11,304 nt of DNA from Geosiphon pyriformis uo1 (lineage: Eukaryota; Fungi; Glomeromycota), in assembly GCA_016748015.1 (NCBI GenBank), contig JAAOMT010000260.1, forward strand, positions 1 to 11,304, in the 5' to 3' direction. The notes beneath the pieces were generated by a model. That model did no database searches. It was given only the letters and a program-made list of their open reading frames with translations, and had not been told where the DNA came from. Made by a program: the position numbers and the translations under genes. Positions 8,884 to 11,304 of the stretch are shown piece by piece (position 1 is the first letter of the stretch; each line of letters begins with the position of its first letter).

Positions 8884-10502
8884 TTAAATCTTTCCATAGA
8901 TGACAAAATCCATTGTATAACCACTTTTAGGAGGAGGACGCGAACTTCCAATTGCCATTGCCCTTGCTTTGTAGGTTTTTTGCAGCCCATCGTACTGATA
9001 CCAGCCAGAATTTTTAACATTTTCGAACGAACATCGGCAATATGATCGATGCCGCTACAAAAAGAAACTCCCATCAGGCGATATCTATATTAAAAAATTA
9101 ATAAATAAAGACAGTAAGTGATAAACTTAATTCAAATTTACCTTTGTTTTGTAATTTGATTTCCTTTAGGAAAATTGATTTCTTCTGGTAAATCTTTGTT
9201 CTGAAGAGACGTCTTTTCATTAATAGTGCTAATTCCCGTAACATTGATAACAAGGATCAGAGGCAGTCGCTGGTCGATTTGTCTTTTTGATACAGTATCA
9301 CCTGTGCATCGATAAAAATACCTAAAAAAAGGTTAGAATGCAAAGCGAATAAGAGGAAAAAATATAGACACTTTACTCAAGCTTTCCAGTCTCCAATGAT
9401 ACGCATTTTTTAGTCATATAAGCATTTGTGGGAACGTTTTTTGGAGCCTCTCCATCTGTCGATTTAAATTCTAATCCGCATGCAATAACAAGTGTTCAAG
9501 GCAAGACTCAAAATAATCATTTCCTGATAATACCGGAACATGCGGTTTTCTACAAATTAAATTATGTGCATTAATATAAATATATCGACTGTAGCAAATG
9601 AAAAAAATAAGCAAAAATGTCGCGTAAAATAAAAGATATATAATGAACTTACATTAGAGTAATATCGAAACAATTCACTGCGAATAAGACTTTCTTTGGG
9701 CAGTTGTCAGAGCTGCACGTGGTCGTTATTGTACTTTTGACAACAAGAAGATTCTGGTCCAAGGAGTCATGAAAAAACTGTTCAAAAATCGTTCCGAAAG
9801 CCCTCCGAATAAATCCAACTGTTCTTCTTTCATTAAATTCGCAATCCAAAGAATCTTGGCTTCAATCCATCGTTTCTGTTTCATGAGCTCAAAAACGCGA
9901 AGAAGACGAATTGTTTGCGAAGTTGGTTTAATTTCAGCGAAATAAACGGCTTGTTTATAAATATTTTGGCTGCCGAAGGCGCTTTGAATTAAGGTTAGAC
10001 TTGTATCCACTGGACACGTGGAAATTAAGCGCAAACCTCCATGATTTCCACCATATGGCATCGTATGAACAATCGAATTGCCATAAGAATCTTTGTCTAC
10101 TGGAGCTGACTGCATAGAGACGACTTGCTTCTTCAATTATTGAGTTATAAATTTATTATTGGAGAAGAAAGATCATAAAAAAAGCAGTCATATTACCTTC
10201 AATTTTTTTTAATGGCTCATCAGCTAATTGAAGAGTGTTGCTCAGTATTACCATCTTCAAAGGTAATATCTACAATTATTTTGCCATCGCCAATAACCTC
10301 AGCGATCTGTGCTTTGTAATAAGGTCTGTCTAAAACTGTATCCTGAAGCTGAATGGATTCTTGTTGTATTAATCGGGTTTTCCTTTTATTTTTAGGACCT
10401 CTCTTTTAGGGTAATCTAAGCTCGTTTTCAGCGCGGCCATTAGCATCCCTCTGACGAAGATAAGACTCGAGAGAACTGGTTGTAGATGATTCGGCGGCAG
10501 AC
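8884..10502 (-). pseudogene. Gene C: multi-exon pseudogene with basic/AT-hook-like motif, Tudor-like domain and USP-like (peptidase C19-type fold) cysteine peptidase
   Basis: Exon ~10502-10197 reads LP*KRGPKNKRK (TAA 10406-10408) and RPYYKAQIAEVIGDGKIIVDITFEDGNTE. Exon ~10130-9653 reads PYGG..LISTCPVDTSLTLIQ (Cys box) and TTCSSDNCP. Later exons read ACG..RCTG..KRQIDQRLPLILVINV..LPEEINF, then YRLMGVSFCSGIDHIADVR/ENVKNSGWYQYDG..MDFVIYGKI* (stop 8884-8886). Frameshifts lie near 10235, 9786, 9490 and 9025. The 5' exons were not resolved. Confidence 0.75.
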
Positions 10503-10746
10503 CTACGTAGAAAAGACAGATTATTATATAGACTGTATAACATAAATTATTGCCTTTGCAATTTATATTTGTAAGAGAAAATGATATATCAATATTAGTA
10601 TTAAAAGCAATTAAAAAAACTAACGAGATATTTACTTTTGAAACGTAGATTCACTAAAAGTAAAAGTAAACCATTATTATATATATAAAATTAAACCAAA
10701 TTAATAGAAGCTTTACCTCTCTATCTTAGACTCTTTAATAATTAGA

Positions 10747-11304
10747 CAACCAACTGTGAAAGAGAGGATGAAATCACCACTCTCGGCACTCAATTACCGG
10801 TAGAGATCGTTCACAAAGTCCATTCAAAAATGAATGGTACGAAAAAAGAGGTATATTCCACCCTCTCTCCCCTCCTGGGGTAAGGTAGAAACCTAGCCAA
10901 AAGATTCCGTACCACTTGCAAAAGAAATGAAACACCCAATGCAACCACTGTGAAAGAGAGGATGAAATCACCACTCTCGACACTCAATTACCGGTAGAGA
11001 TCGTTCACAAAGTCCATTCAAAAATGAATGGTACGAAAAAAGAGGTATATTCCACCCTCTCTCCCCTCCTGGGGTAAGGTAGAAACCTAGCCAAAAGATT
11101 CCGTACCACTTGCAAAAGAAATGAAACACCCAATGCAACCACTGTGAAAGAGAGGATGAAATCACCACTCTCGACACTCAATTACCGGTAGAGATCGTTC
11201 ACAAAGTCCATTCAAAAATGAATGGTACGAAAAAAGAGGTATATTCCACCCTCTCTCCCCTCCTGGGGTAAGGTAGAAACCTATCCAAAAGATTCCGTAC
11301 CACT
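10747..11304. repeat. 194-bp tandem repeat array, ~2.9 units, continues beyond the window
   Basis: ACTGTGAAAGAGAGG starts at 10753, 10947 and 11141 (period 194). The only substitutions seen are G10786 (A in the other units) and T11284 (G in the other units). It is more GC-rich than the flanking DNA. Confidence 0.97.

Noticed and set aside
10774-11177. Two identical 69-aa minus-strand ORFs
   Set aside because: They are by-products of the 194-bp repeat. The period is not a multiple of 3, the start is non-ATG, and there is no recognisable domain.
10747-11304. Array as CRISPR, 5S rRNA, tRNA, snRNA or hammerhead ribozyme
   Set aside because: There are no unique spacers and no 5S or tRNA signatures. 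The minus-strand CTTTTGGCTA resembles the U2 5' end but lacks the GTGTAGTA branch-pairing sequence. There is no CTGANGA core on either strand.

Overview
This is AT-rich eukaryotic DNA with short (~58-100 nt) GT-AG introns, consistent with an early-diverging fungus (Mucoromycota, probably Glomeromycota; inference). The ORF track mostly shows exon fragments. Manual splicing gives one apparently intact 10-exon gene (gene A, 3099-5483 +, 567 aa) ending in a PD-(D/E)XK restriction-endonuclease-fold domain. A convergent, damaged gene B (8491-~7340 -) shares its promoter/5'UTR, exon 1, intron 1 and 191-nt exon 2 with gene A, but carries a different REase-family C-terminus. This shared-header, swapped-nuclease layout resembles Crinkler-type polymorphic effectors. 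Around them are a decayed pirin (YhhW-like) fragment, a decayed APC/MUP1-like amino-acid permease, and a decayed gene combining a basic motif, a Tudor-like domain and a USP-like cysteine peptidase. A near-perfect, hairpin-rich 194-bp tandem array runs off the right end. All family assignments come from motif recognition by eye, not database searches.
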